Source: an uncultured bacterium (GTDB lineage: Bacteria > Gemmatimonadota > Gemmatimonadetes > Gemmatimonadales > Gemmatimonadaceae). From it: a stretch of DNA of 64,000 nt. The translations under genes and the position numbers were made by a program. Below the pieces are notes generated by a model that had not been told where the DNA came from, searched no databases, and saw nothing but the letters and a program-made list of their open reading frames with translations. The stretch is from positions 20,014 through 84,013 of the forward strand of contig CAXBQP010000004.1 of NCBI GenBank assembly GCA_963978095.1, read 5' to 3'. This document shows, piece after piece, positions 27,126 to 37,155 of the stretch (position 1 is the stretch's first letter; each line of letters starts with the position of its first letter).

Positions 27126-28886
27126 CTAGTTGCCTCGGCCGCCACCACCCGGACCACCGCGACCACCACCCGCAGGCGCTCCACCACCCAACGGACTACC
27201 ACTCATGGACTTCATGCGGTCGTTCTGCTCCTGACGCTTCGCCTGCAGCGCCGCGACACTGAGCATGGCGACCTTGTCCCCTTCCGCGAGGCCATCGATG
27301 ACTTCCGTGTAGTCGTAGTTCGCCACGCCCAGACGTACCGACTTCGGCTCCCACGTGGTGCCCTTCTGGAGGAAGACGAGTCCCGTGCGCTGACGCTGAC
27401 GGCCACTGGCCATCGCGCCGGCTCCCGGCACGGCACCGGTGGCACCGCCGCGCCCCCCACGTCCACCCATGCCACCACCCATCCCACCGCCACCGTTGCC
27501 GCCCGCCTTCCGACGGCAGGCACCACTCTTCATCATGTCGACGCCGAGCTCCTTGTAGATCCCGGTCATCTGATCACGCAGGGCGGCGCGGTCCGCACTC
27601 GGGTCACTCATCTTGCCGCGGAGGTCATCCAGCTTCTTGGCGACCGCCGGCTTCTTCTTCATCGCAGCGTCAATCGCCTTGCACTCGGCGTCGGTGACCT
27701 CGATCTGGCTACGCCCGCCGAAGCCCCCTTGACGATCCTGCCCGCCGCCTTGGATCGCCACGAGGTCGAGTTCGCCGCGGCTGACCTGGGCACCACCGCG
27801 CGAGCCACCACCCATGCCACCACCCATGCCACCACCGCCGTTCCCGCCACGGCCGCCACCGTTGCCGCCGCCCGGGCCGCGCAGCTTCGCGCGCACGGAG
27901 TCGGGGTTCAGCCCGAGCAGGCCGGCCGCGACGGCCGCTTCGCGCGGCGAGCGGATGGCATCGTTCGGGACTGCGATCACACCCAAGCGCTCATCGGTGA
28001 GGACGGCGACTTCGCCGTTCATGCCGGGGCGCAGCAAGCCGTCGCTGTTGTCGAGAGAGATCAGCACCGGGAACATCGTCACGTTCTGCTGTACCGTTGC
28101 CGAAGGTTCGATCTTCTCCACGATGCCGCGGAAGACACGGTCCGGAAAGGCATCGACCGTCACCGTGGCCGGCTGGCCAGCGGCCACCGCGCCGATGTCC
28201 GTTTCGTTCACGAGCGCGCGCGCACGCACCTTGGTGAGGTCGGCCATCGTCGCGATCACGGAACCGCCGCTCACCGATCCCCCGCCGGCCTGAATGACCT
28301 GGCCGAGCGAGACGGGCTTGGTGATGATTGTTCCCGTGACCGACGCGCGGACGGTCGCGTCGGTGAGGCGCTGCGCGTTGAGGTCACGCGTCCCCTGATT
28401 GCGGAGCAGGGTGGCCTGGGCATTGGCATACGCCGTCTGCGCGGTCTCGAGCTCCGACTGCGTGATGATGCGTTCCTTGAAGAGCTGCTGCTGACGTGCG
28501 AGCTGCGCCTTGGCCACTTCGAAGTTCGAGGTGGCGGCGGCGAGATCCGCCTTGGACTGTTCGAACTGGGTGTGCAGGTCCGTGGTGTCGATCTGCACGA
28601 TCAGATCGCCGGGCTTGACGAAGGTCCCGATCTCGATCGACATCTTGGTGACCTGTCCCGATGCGGTCTTGGACTTGACCTCGATCACGTTGATCGGCTC
28701 GATGATGCCGGTCGCCTCGGCATTGACCACGATGTCGCGGCGCTGGATGGTCGCCGTGGGGATCGTCGCGACCTTGGTCTCGGACTTGGCACAGGCCCCG
28801 AGGGCAACGACGGTGAGCATGAGGAACGTGCGGTTCACGGCGGACTCCGGCTTTGAAAGGAACGTCGGGATGAGTGTCATGGTCAT
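27126..28886 (-). CDS. MacA-like periplasmic adaptor (MFP) with Gly-rich insertions; probable lipoprotein
   Basis: Lipoyl/hairpin pattern, LRPGM; lipobox LGAC; alternative GTG start at 28838 behind GGAG. Confidence 0.88.
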   Translation of the reverse strand: MTMTLIPTFLSKPESAVNRTFLMLTVVALGACAKSETKVATIPTATIQRRDIVVNAEATGIIEPINVIEVKSKTASGQVTKMSIEIGTFVKPGDLIVQIDTTDLHTQFEQSKADLAAATSNFEVAKAQLARQQQLFKERIITQSELETAQTAYANAQATLLRNQGTRDLNAQRLTDATVRASVTGTIITKPVSLGQVIQAGGGSVSGGSVIATMADLTKVRARALVNETDIGAVAAGQPATVTVDAFPDRVFRGIVEKIEPSATVQQNVTMFPVLISLDNSDGLLRPGMNGEVAVLTDERLGVIAVPNDAIRSPREAAVAAGLLGLNPDSVRAKLRGPGGGNGGGRGGNGGGGMGGGMGGGSRGGAQVSRGELDLVAIQGGGQDRQGGFGGRSQIEVTDAECKAIDAAMKKKPAVAKKLDDLRGKMSDPSADRAALRDQMTGIYKELGVDMMKSGACRRKAGGNGGGGMGGGMGGRGGRGGATGAVPGAGAMASGRQRQRTGLVFLQKGTTWEPKSVRLGVANYDYTEVIDGLAEGDKVAMLSVAALQAKRQEQNDRMKSMSGSPLGGGAPAGGGRGGPGGGGRGN

Positions 28887-30232
28887 TACTTCAGGTCGCG
28901 CCCGATCAGCGCTTCGATGTTGGCCTTCGCGATGCGCGCGTTGACGCGAGCGGTGATGAGCTGCGCCCGGGCGTTGTCAAGCGTCGTCTCCGCCTGCAGC
29001 ACCTCGAGCAGGCTTGACGTGCCGAGGTTGTAGCGCTGCTGCACCACGCGCAGGGCTTCCTGGGCCGACTGGATCGTGAGGAGCTGCAGGTCGATCGTCG
29101 ACTGGGCCGTGCGGTAGTTGCTGAGGAACGTGGTGAGATTCTGCACCACCAGCGCTCTGGCGTCGCGGAGATTCGCCTCGGCGTTCTCGGCGTTCACGCG
29201 CGCCACCATCAGTGCTTGCTCACGGGTGTAATTGTTGAAGATCGTGTAACTCACCGACAGCCCGAAGCGGGTGGAGGTGGCCGTGGGGCCGCCACCGAAG
29301 TTGAAGTTCTGCGACTGCTTGGGGTTCTGGCCGTAGGACGCGTTCAGACTGAGCGTCGGCATGTACGGCGTGGTAGCCGCCCTGTGCTGCGCGCGTGCCG
29401 CCTCGAGCGCCTGCGTCGACTGGCGTACCGACGGGCCGTCGGCGACCATGGCCAACAACTGCGCCTCGTCCAGCTCGACCTTGCCGGTGTCCATGGTGTC
29501 GGCCAGGGTGGCCGTGACCATCACCGGCGAGGCCACCAAGCGCGTGAGCGCGGCGTTGGCATTGCGCAGGGAGTTCTCGGCGGTGAGGATCGACAACTTC
29601 GCGTTCCCCACGGCGATCGCGGAGGTGAGGGAGTCGGCGCGCGTCGCGACGCCGGCCTTCATCTTGGCCGAGGCGACGGTCAGCTGCTGCTGTGCCTGTT
29701 CCAGCAACTGCTTGGCGGCGGCCAGCTGCTCGTTGGCGGCCAGCACGTTGAAGTACTGCGTCTTCACCGTGAGGGCGACGCTGTAGCGCTGCGCTACTTC
29801 ATTGGCGCTGGCGCTCTCAAGATTGGCTTGGGCCGCGCGCAGGTTGAAGTTCCGCTGACCGCCATCGTACACAGTCAGGTTCGAGGAGACCGAACGACTG
29901 TAGCTCCACGGAAGCCCCGTCGTCGGGACCGGCGTCCCCTGGACGAACTGCGTGCCGCCGGCCTGGTTTCCCGTGTAGGAGAACGACGCCGTCGGCAGGA
30001 ACTGGGCGAGCGAGGCGCGCACGGCCGATTCGCTGGTGCGATTCGCGTTGCGGGCTTGGACGGTCAGCGGCGAGTTCTGCTGCGCCAGGCGGACAGCTTC
30101 CTCGAGCGAGATCGGGCGTGCGCCGGCGCTGCCCTGGGCAGGGGCAACTGACGGAACGAGGGCCACGACGCCGAGGGCGAAGGCACCCGTGGCGAGTGTT
30201 CCCATGGCTTGGCGGATGGTGCCGAACGTCAT
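28886..30232 (-). CDS. TolC-family outer-membrane efflux protein
   Basis: Signal peptide, SLEEAVRLA, two OEP-like repeats, RYNLG...LEVLQAE. Confidence 0.9.
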   Translation of the reverse strand: MTFGTIRQAMGTLATGAFALGVVALVPSVAPAQGSAGARPISLEEAVRLAQQNSPLTVQARNANRTSESAVRASLAQFLPTASFSYTGNQAGGTQFVQGTPVPTTGLPWSYSRSVSSNLTVYDGGQRNFNLRAAQANLESASANEVAQRYSVALTVKTQYFNVLAANEQLAAAKQLLEQAQQQLTVASAKMKAGVATRADSLTSAIAVGNAKLSILTAENSLRNANAALTRLVASPVMVTATLADTMDTGKVELDEAQLLAMVADGPSVRQSTQALEAARAQHRAATTPYMPTLSLNASYGQNPKQSQNFNFGGGPTATSTRFGLSVSYTIFNNYTREQALMVARVNAENAEANLRDARALVVQNLTTFLSNYRTAQSTIDLQLLTIQSAQEALRVVQQRYNLGTSSLLEVLQAETTLDNARAQLITARVNARIAKANIEALIGRDLK

Positions 30233-30603
30233 TTCTTCTCCGTGCGCTGCGCATCACGCTGCTGGCGATTGCGCTGCATCTGGTCGTAAATCGCCTTCTG
30301 CTCGGGAGTGAGCAGTTGGGTGAGTCGCGCGCGGGCGGTCATGCTGGCCGAGTCGAGGAGCGGTCGCACCGGCGCGAGGATCGAATCCTGCGCGTGGTTG
30401 CGGTCGTCGAAGATCCGGTTGGCCGAGTCCCGTTGCGCGGGGGTGAGGTGCAACTGGTCGAACGTACGCTGCCGCATGGCCTTTTGGTCGAACCAGCGGG
30501 AGTTCTCGCGGAACACGATACGGTCCGCCGCCACGCCGACCGCGGCGCCCGCCAGGGCGGCACCGAGATACATCGCAAGGGCCATGCTCTTGGACCGGGT
30601 CAT
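30229..30603 (-). CDS. Periplasmic Spy/CpxP-like (LTxxQ) protein
   Basis: N-terminal hydrophobic helix; LHLTPAQ and LLTPEQ motifs. Confidence 0.7.
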   Translation of the reverse strand: MTRSKSMALAMYLGAALAGAAVGVAADRIVFRENSRWFDQKAMRQRTFDQLHLTPAQRDSANRIFDDRNHAQDSILAPVRPLLDSASMTARARLTQLLTPEQKAIYDQMQRNRQQRDAQRTEKK

Positions 30604-30613
30604 GGCACCCCTC

Positions 30614-30985
30614 CTAGCGTCCCGTCAACGCGCGAATGGTGGCCTGTTCGGCCATCCGTTCGCGAGCAGCGAGGGTGGGCGCGTCGATCGTCGAAGGATC
30701 GATGATCGTCTGGTACTCGGCGCGTGCGTACTGGTTCTGATTCCGCATCAGCAGGCTGCCCGCGACCAGCACGGCGAAGCCGGCGGCCACGAGACCGATG
30801 CGCAACCACTTCTCCGGGACGATGTACCACGCGTCCCCGAGGTCAGCCGCCGAGAGGCGCGACAGGATGCGCGCTTCCAAACCGCTCCAATACGCGGAGT
30901 CCGACGGCGCGGCGTACAACGCGCGCAGTGCCGTAGTCACCTCGTCATCTCGTACGAGCGATGGTCCGCGATAGTCCTCGATCAT
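30614..30985 (-). CDS. Putative membrane anti-sigma factor
   Basis: ATGA overlap with the ECF gene; single TM WLRIGLVAAGFAVLVAGSLL. Confidence 0.65.
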   Translation of the reverse strand: MIEDYRGPSLVRDDEVTTALRALYAAPSDSAYWSGLEARILSRLSAADLGDAWYIVPEKWLRIGLVAAGFAVLVAGSLLMRNQNQYARAEYQTIIDPSTIDAPTLAARERMAEQATIRALTGR

Positions 30986-31527
30986 AACTCCCTCCGTACA
31001 GGTCCCAGGATGCCACGCAACTGTGACCGCGCGTAATGCAAATCCGATCTTGCCGTTCCCTCGGGGATCCCGAGCAACTCACCGATCTCGGAGTGCTTGA
31101 AACCCTCCACATCATGCAACACGATCACCGACCGCTGCCGCTCGGGCAGCGCCGCCAGTGCCACCTGCAGGCGCTGACGCAGTTCATCCCCTTCCGCCGG
31201 GTCCCGGAATGGCGACGCCACCGTCTCCGGCAACTCGTCGGCGTCCCGTACCTTCCGTCTCCGCGTGATGTCCAGCGCGGCGTTGGCCACGATCCGGTGC
31301 AGCCATGCCCCGAATGCCTGGTCCGGCAGGAATCTGTCGAGCGCCTTGTACGCGTGCAGAAAGGCCTCCTGCACGGCATCCTCGGCGTCCTCATGGTTGA
31401 CCACGATCGCTCGCGCAACTGCGTAGGCGCGCCGTTGGTGCGTCCGAACGAGCTGCGAAAACGCCTCCCGCTCGCCCCGCTGTGCCGCAAGCACAAGCGC
31501 CCGCTCGTCCGATGGACGGTCCGTCAC
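30982..31527 (-). CDS. ECF-type RNA polymerase sigma factor
   Basis: DAEDAVQEAF, FGAWLHRIVAN, EIGELLGIPEGTARSDLH; GTG start inferred. Confidence 0.93.
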   Translation of the reverse strand: MTDRPSDERALVLAAQRGEREAFSQLVRTHQRRAYAVARAIVVNHEDAEDAVQEAFLHAYKALDRFLPDQAFGAWLHRIVANAALDITRRRKVRDADELPETVASPFRDPAEGDELRQRLQVALAALPERQRSVIVLHDVEGFKHSEIGELLGIPEGTARSDLHYARSQLRGILGPVRREL

Positions 31528-31668
31528 GGACCAGCTGCCGGTCGAGTCTGAACGCGTGCCCCCGGTCGAAACGATCGGGCGGGACGCGACGGTCGCGAGT
31601 GCCTCAACTCTCACGCTCCAGATACGCGAGCGCGAGGCTGACCGTTGGCGCGCGCGGTGGGGGAGTGC

Positions 31669-32271
31669 TCACGCGGCGGACGCCCCGGACAGCCCGAGCA
31701 GCGCTGCCCGTTCCCGCATGGCGGCGATCACGAACGCGATGTGCGCATCGAGCTCGACGCCGAGCTCCGACGCCCCTTGGGTGACATCCTCGCGGTTCAC
31801 GCCGCGCGCGAAAGCCTTGTCCTTCATCTTCTTCTTGACACTCGAGACCTCGAGGTCGTTCACGCTCCGGCTGGGCCGGACGAGCGCGCACGCGGTGATC
31901 ATCCCGCACAGCTCGTCCACGGCGAAGAGCGCCTTGGCCATGCGCGTCTGCCGCGCCACCCCGGTGTAATGCGCGTGCCCGAGGATCGCCTCCAGCACGT
32001 CTTCCGGGTAGCCGAGCCCCCGCAGTACCCGAACACCCTCCGAAGGATGTTCGGCATCCGCCGCATGGGCATCGTTCGGGTACCGCTCGTAGTCGAAGTC
32101 GTGCATCAGACCGGCGAGTCCCCACCGCTCGACGTCCTCGCCGAAGTGGGCGGCGTACGACCGCATGGCACCCTCCACCGAGAGCATGTGCTTCCGGAGC
32201 GAGTCACTTGGCGTCCAGGACTCCATCAGCGCGAGCGCGTCGGATCGGGTGGGCAACGAGGAGTCGGGCAT
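31669..32271 (-). CDS. HD-domain (HDIG-type) phosphohydrolase
   Basis: LRKHM...GLMHDFDYE...GHA...AVDEL...FARGVNR. Confidence 0.88.
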   Translation of the reverse strand: MPDSSLPTRSDALALMESWTPSDSLRKHMLSVEGAMRSYAAHFGEDVERWGLAGLMHDFDYERYPNDAHAADAEHPSEGVRVLRGLGYPEDVLEAILGHAHYTGVARQTRMAKALFAVDELCGMITACALVRPSRSVNDLEVSSVKKKMKDKAFARGVNREDVTQGASELGVELDAHIAFVIAAMRERAALLGLSGASAA

Positions 32272-32409
32272 GACGGAAGGGGGTGATGCCGGGGGTGAAG
32301 GTCCGAACGCACGGCGCGCCCAGCCGGCTCGGCTGGGCGCGCCACCTACTGAATCTAAGCAAGAACAGGGGGGCGGGGTTCCCGGTGGCACTGCCCCGGG
32401 AGGCGGCGA

Positions 32410-33000
32410 TTACCGATCCCGGTCGCCGCCGGGCATCATGCGCATGAAGTCCTCCTCCTGATCCTTGATCAAGGCCACCGCCTTGGCTTTGACCGCGGGG
32501 TCGGTCAGGACGGCGAGTGTCGCGTCGATGTCGGCGGTCCGCTGGTTCCGGATCCCCATGAGCGCCTGCTGCAGGCCGCGCATGGCTTGCTGCATGGACG
32601 CCTGTTCCGCGGGGGACGGCGCATCGGTGGCGAACTTCTGCTTGGAGCGCGAGCCGCCGACTTCGGCGCTCACCGACCGCGACGCCCGACGCAGCGAGTC
32701 ATAGCTGGCGAGGCTCACCTTGTAACGTTCCTTGATCTGCCCCTCGACCGCCTTCAGCGCCGTCACCTGCTCGTCGGTGAGCTGCAGCTTCTTCTTCTTG
32801 TCGATCAGGAACGATGCCGGGTTCATGTCCTCGAGATCGCCGCGGGTCGGCGACTTGAAGGCCGCACCGCCACGTGGCGCGCCGCCACTGCTGCCGCCGC
32901 CATCGTCGCCGCCGCTGCTGCGTGATCCCGTGCGCTGCGCCGTTGCCAACGTCGGGATGAGGGCCATCATGGCCAGAGCCACGTACAGGTTGCGCTTCAT
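32410..33000 (-). CDS. Secreted helical protein, Spy/CpxP-like
   Basis: Signal peptide MKRNLYVALAMMALIPTLATA; LQLTDEQ motif. Confidence 0.7.
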   Translation of the reverse strand: MKRNLYVALAMMALIPTLATAQRTGSRSSGGDDGGGSSGGAPRGGAAFKSPTRGDLEDMNPASFLIDKKKKLQLTDEQVTALKAVEGQIKERYKVSLASYDSLRRASRSVSAEVGGSRSKQKFATDAPSPAEQASMQQAMRGLQQALMGIRNQRTADIDATLAVLTDPAVKAKAVALIKDQEEDFMRMMPGGDRDR

Positions 33001-33081
33001 GGGTCGAATCCTCCGGTGGGGTCGTCGTGCCGGGCGGAACCGTGTCACGTCCGCCGCCACAGTAGTCTACGCAATCCCCGG

Positions 33082-34677
33082 CTAATGCGCTTGCACCGCC
33101 GCGCGCCCCTTGCCGTGCTTCCAGAACAGCATGAGCGGAATGGCGCAGCAGAGCATGATGCCGCTGAGCAGATAGATCTTGGAGAACGCCAAGACACTGG
33201 CCTGGGCGCTCACCGATCGGTCGATCATCCGCAGCGCCATGGCGTGCGCGCTGGCCGGATTCATCCCGCGGGCGACCATCGCCCGGGTGATCCCGTCCAC
33301 CCGCGCGAGCACTTCGGGGTCGATCATCCCGACGTGCTCCGTGAGCACGGACTTGGACTGGGCCGTGAATCGCGACAGGAGCGTCGCGACGATCGCGATC
33401 CCCATCGAGCCGCCGAGCTGGCGCATGAGATTGAACATGCCGGTCCCCTGCGGGATCTCCCACGGCTTCAACTCCGCCATCGAGGCACCGGTGAGCGGGA
33501 TGAAGATCAACCCGAGCGAGACGCCGCGGGCCACCAACGGCCAGAACAGGTCGTCGGCGCCACTGTCGTAGGAGAGCAGCGACAGGCGCCACATGCACCA
33601 GAGAAAGCCCAGGACGCCGATCACGATCAACGGGCGCGCGTCGAACTTGCTCGCGAACCGTCCGAGCACGGCCATCGTGATCGCCGACGAGATCGCCCCG
33701 GGGAGAATCACCAATCCGGTTTGATTCGCCGTGAAGCCGTGCAGCCCCTGCAGGAACACCGGAAGGACGAAGACCGACCCGAACAGCGCGAACCCGAGCA
33801 GCGACGCCATGGCGACGCCGGTGGCGAGCTGCCGACTATGCAGCACGCGGAAGTTGATCACCGGTTCCTCGGTCGTGAGCTCGTGGTAGACGAGCCAGGC
33901 GAAGGACACGAACGCCGTGACCCCCAGGGCGGTGACGAATCGCGATTCGAACCAGTCGTAGCGCTCGCCGCGCTCGAGCATCCACTGCAGCGCCCCGACA
34001 CCGGTCGTGAGCAAGCCGATGCCGAGCCAGTCCACGGAGGTGGCCTTCTGGTGCAACTCGGAGTTGCGGACGTAGCTCCACACCATCAGGCCGGCGATCA
34101 TCCCGAGCGGCAGATTGATGTAGAAGATCCAGGGCCAATCGAAGTTGTCGACGATGTAACCGCCGAGGGTCGGGCCGAGCGTGGGGCCGACCATGACGCC
34201 CACGCCGAACATGGCTTGTCCGATGCCGACTTCCTTGGGCGGGAATGCCTCCCAGAGCGTGGATTGTGCCGTGGAGAGCAGCGCGCCGCCCCCCAGTCCC
34301 TGCACGACGCGCCAGAACACCAGTCCGGCCAGGGTGTGTGCGGCCCCGCAGAAGAACGACGATGCGACGAAGATCATGATCGACCCGGTCAGGTAGCGCC
34401 GCCGGCCGAAATAGGCCGCGAGCCATCCCGACATGGGGATGATGATCACGTTCGCGATGATGTAGCCCGTCGAGACCCACGAGATCTCGTCGAGGGTCGC
34501 GCCCAGATTGCCCATCATGTGCGGGATGGCGACGTTGACGATGCTCGTGTCGATCAACTCGAGCATCGCGGCCATCGTCACCGCGATCGCGATGAGATAC
34601 TTGTGTTTGTACTTGTCCTCGACGACGTCCGCGGTGGAAGCGGACGCGCCAACGGCGGGATGGACGGCGGCGGCCAC
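33082..34677 (-). CDS. DHA2-family MFS efflux permease (EmrB-like)
   Basis: DTSIVNVAIP, GRRR, WPWIFYINLPLG, FNLMRQLGGS. Confidence 0.94.
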   Translation of the reverse strand: MAAAVHPAVGASASTADVVEDKYKHKYLIAIAVTMAAMLELIDTSIVNVAIPHMMGNLGATLDEISWVSTGYIIANVIIIPMSGWLAAYFGRRRYLTGSIMIFVASSFFCGAAHTLAGLVFWRVVQGLGGGALLSTAQSTLWEAFPPKEVGIGQAMFGVGVMVGPTLGPTLGGYIVDNFDWPWIFYINLPLGMIAGLMVWSYVRNSELHQKATSVDWLGIGLLTTGVGALQWMLERGERYDWFESRFVTALGVTAFVSFAWLVYHELTTEEPVINFRVLHSRQLATGVAMASLLGFALFGSVFVLPVFLQGLHGFTANQTGLVILPGAISSAITMAVLGRFASKFDARPLIVIGVLGFLWCMWRLSLLSYDSGADDLFWPLVARGVSLGLIFIPLTGASMAELKPWEIPQGTGMFNLMRQLGGSMGIAIVATLLSRFTAQSKSVLTEHVGMIDPEVLARVDGITRAMVARGMNPASAHAMALRMIDRSVSAQASVLAFSKIYLLSGIMLCCAIPLMLFWKHGKGRAAVQAH

Positions 34678-34681
34678 GAGG

Positions 34682-35764
34682 CTACCTGGTCGCGACCGAG
34701 GCGGTGACGCTCATCCCGGGACGCAAGGGACGCTCCGCGCCGCATCCCTTGGTGATGGCGATGCGCACGGGCACGCGCTGCACGACCTTCGTGAAGTTGC
34801 CGGTCGAGTTGTCCGGTGGGAGCAAAGCGAACTTCGCACCGGTCGCCGCGCTCAGGCTTTCGATCTTCCCCTCGGCGGTGCACCCGGGATACGAGTCCAC
34901 TTCCACCTCCACGACCTGTCCGACCTTGAGCGCGGCGAGCTGCGTCTCCTTGAAATTCGCGGTGATCCAGACCGCGCTGTCGGAGACGAGCGTGAGCAAC
35001 GGTTGTCCGGCCTGCACGAGCTGGCCGATCTCCACCTGCTTGCGGCTCACGGTGCCGCTGACGGGCGCCTCGACCTTGGTGTACGACAGTTGCAGGCGTG
35101 CGTTGTTCAGCGTGGCCTGTGCGCTGTTGTAGCGGGCGAGGGCGAACTTGGAGCCGATCTCGGCGTTGGACAGCTGGGCGGCCGCGGAGGTGGCCTGACG
35201 CTCGGTGGCGGTCAGCTGCGCACTGGCCTGATCGTAGGCGGCCTGCGCGGCGTCGAGCTGCTGCCGCGAGACGATCTGCTTGCCCACCAGTTCCTTCATG
35301 CGGGCGAGATCCGCCGCCGCCTTCGCCTGCGCGGCCCGGGCGGCCAGGATCTGCGCCTGCACCACCTGGCCCTGGCTGGCGGCGCCGCGGATCTGCGCGT
35401 CGGCCTGTCCCGCGACACCACCCGCACCGGCGACATACGCCGCCGCGCTGAGCTCGGCCTCCGCCTGCTGCACCCGCACGGCGTACTCGGCATCGTCAAT
35501 CTGGATCAGCGACTGGCCCACCTTCACCGGCTGGTTCTCGGCGATGCGGACGGTCTTCACGTAGCCGCCGACCTTGGCGAGCACGGGGACGATTGATCCA
35601 TCCACCTGCGCATTGTCGGTGGTCTGGTGCGACTGATTGTACCACCACGTCTTCCCCGCCCAAAGGCAGCCGAGCAGGGTGAGCGTTCCGAGGATGGGAA
35701 GCATCTTGCCCCGCTTCTGCGGCGCGGCGGTGGCGGAGTTGTCGGGAGTCACGGTCGAAGCCAT
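34682..35764 (-). CDS. EmrA-like HlyD-family adaptor
   Basis: TDNAQV, ANFKETQL, FALLPPDNSTGNFTKVVQRVPV. Confidence 0.93.
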   Translation of the reverse strand: MASTVTPDNSATAAPQKRGKMLPILGTLTLLGCLWAGKTWWYNQSHQTTDNAQVDGSIVPVLAKVGGYVKTVRIAENQPVKVGQSLIQIDDAEYAVRVQQAEAELSAAAYVAGAGGVAGQADAQIRGAASQGQVVQAQILAARAAQAKAAADLARMKELVGKQIVSRQQLDAAQAAYDQASAQLTATERQATSAAAQLSNAEIGSKFALARYNSAQATLNNARLQLSYTKVEAPVSGTVSRKQVEIGQLVQAGQPLLTLVSDSAVWITANFKETQLAALKVGQVVEVEVDSYPGCTAEGKIESLSAATGAKFALLPPDNSTGNFTKVVQRVPVRIAITKGCGAERPLRPGMSVTASVATR

Positions 35765-35790
35765 CGGTCTCGTCTCAGGAAGGAAGTCGT

Positions 35791-37155
35791 TTACGGAAGG
35801 TCGGTCACGGTGCCCTGCGCTCGGGCGAGCGCGAGGCGCGCGCCCAGATAGGCGGCGCGGGCATCCACGAGTTGCGTGCGGGCGGCATTCAAGGTCAGCG
35901 ATGCGGAGATCACATCGGCGTTCCCGGACACACCGGCGGTGAAGCGGTCGCGCGCCTGCGCGAGTTCCTGATTGGCCAGTGCGAGCCGTTCTTCCTGCGC
36001 GGCCAGCTGTTCGCGCGCCGAGGCGAGGTCGAGCAGCGCGCCGCGCACATCGGTGGCGGCTTGTTCGGCGATATCGCGTCGCCGCACGCCGAGTTCGCGG
36101 AGGACCGCCCCCTGCTCGTCGATGCGGCCATCGCGGCGGAAGCCGTCGAAGACCGGCACGGAGAGTGAGATCCCCCAGGTGTAGGTGGGGATCAGATGCT
36201 CGAGTCCTTTGCCGTTGGAGCCCTGGTCGGCGAAGAGTCCGAGCGAGGGGAGGCGCTCGGCGCGGAGTGCCTCGATCTGCCGTTCGGCGGCGCGGGTCGC
36301 ATCGTCGGCGGCGCGCAGTTCCGCGCGGCCGCGCAGCGCCTGGTCGATCGCGCTTTGCTCGGAGGGGAGCGGGGCGCTGGTGGTCAGGGTGGCGAGCGAG
36401 TCGGAGAGAAGGACGGACTGCGCGGCCGGGATGCCCAGGGCGCGATTCAGCTCGAGCCGGGCCCGGTTCCGTTCGTTGCGGGCGGCGATCAGTTGCGCGC
36501 GTGCGGTGGCCAGCTGCGCCTGCGCGCGGGTGACGTCCAGCGCGATGCCGACACCGGCGGTGAGTTGGTCGCGGGCGATGCCCAGCAGCTCGGTGGCGAG
36601 CGTCGAGTCGGCGATGCGCGCACCCAGCTGCGCGTCGGCGCGCGACGCCCGCACGTAGGCCGCGGCCGCGGTGGCGGCCGCTTGTTGCGCGGCGACACTG
36701 ACATCCGCGGTCGCCGCCGTCACGGAGGCGCGAGCGGCGCGGAGTCGGGCGAAGGATCCGAAGTCGTAGATCTTTTGGTTCAGCGTGCCGCGCAGGTCCC
36801 ACGCGCGCACGGGGCCCAGGACCTGGCCGTTCGGGTCGAACAGGAACTTGCCCGAGGTGGCGTCGCGGAAGCTGATCCCCATGCTGGCGGAGTTGAAGGT
36901 GCGCTCCACATCGCTGACGCCGACCGAAAAGTTGGGCAGGAAATCGGCGAGCCGTTGCCGGACGCGGGCGTCCGCCTGGGAGACGCGCTCCTTGGCCGCG
37001 ATCGGCGCGGCGTTGCCCTGTGCCGCCATGCGGGCGGCACCACCCAAGCTGAGGGTGAGCGGTGCTTGGGCGGAGAGTGAGGCCGCGGGGAGGGCCAGGC
37101 GCGCGAGGAGCCCGAGGGCGACGAGCCGGCGAGGGATCGAGAGAATCGTGGTCAT
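35791..37155 (-). CDS. TolC-family outer-membrane protein
   Basis: Signal peptide, OEP repeats, SLSVPVFDG. Confidence 0.88.
   Translation of the reverse strand: MTTILSIPRRLVALGLLARLALPAASLSAQAPLTLSLGGAARMAAQGNAAPIAAKERVSQADARVRQRLADFLPNFSVGVSDVERTFNSASMGISFRDATSGKFLFDPNGQVLGPVRAWDLRGTLNQKIYDFGSFARLRAARASVTAATADVSVAAQQAAATAAAAYVRASRADAQLGARIADSTLATELLGIARDQLTAGVGIALDVTRAQAQLATARAQLIAARNERNRARLELNRALGIPAAQSVLLSDSLATLTTSAPLPSEQSAIDQALRGRAELRAADDATRAAERQIEALRAERLPSLGLFADQGSNGKGLEHLIPTYTWGISLSVPVFDGFRRDGRIDEQGAVLRELGVRRRDIAEQAATDVRGALLDLASAREQLAAQEERLALANQELAQARDRFTAGVSGNADVISASLTLNAARTQLVDARAAYLGARLALARAQGTVTDLP

Noticed and set aside
27440..27870. Tandem CCACCCATGCCA-type repeats as a possible CRISPR or VNTR
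   Set aside because: They encode GGGM/GGRG tracts inside the MFP gene; no spacer structure and no cas genes.
34682..36802. 706-aa fused TolC-EmrA ORF
   Set aside because: The extension is an off-frame read of the tolC gene; EmrA starts at 35764.
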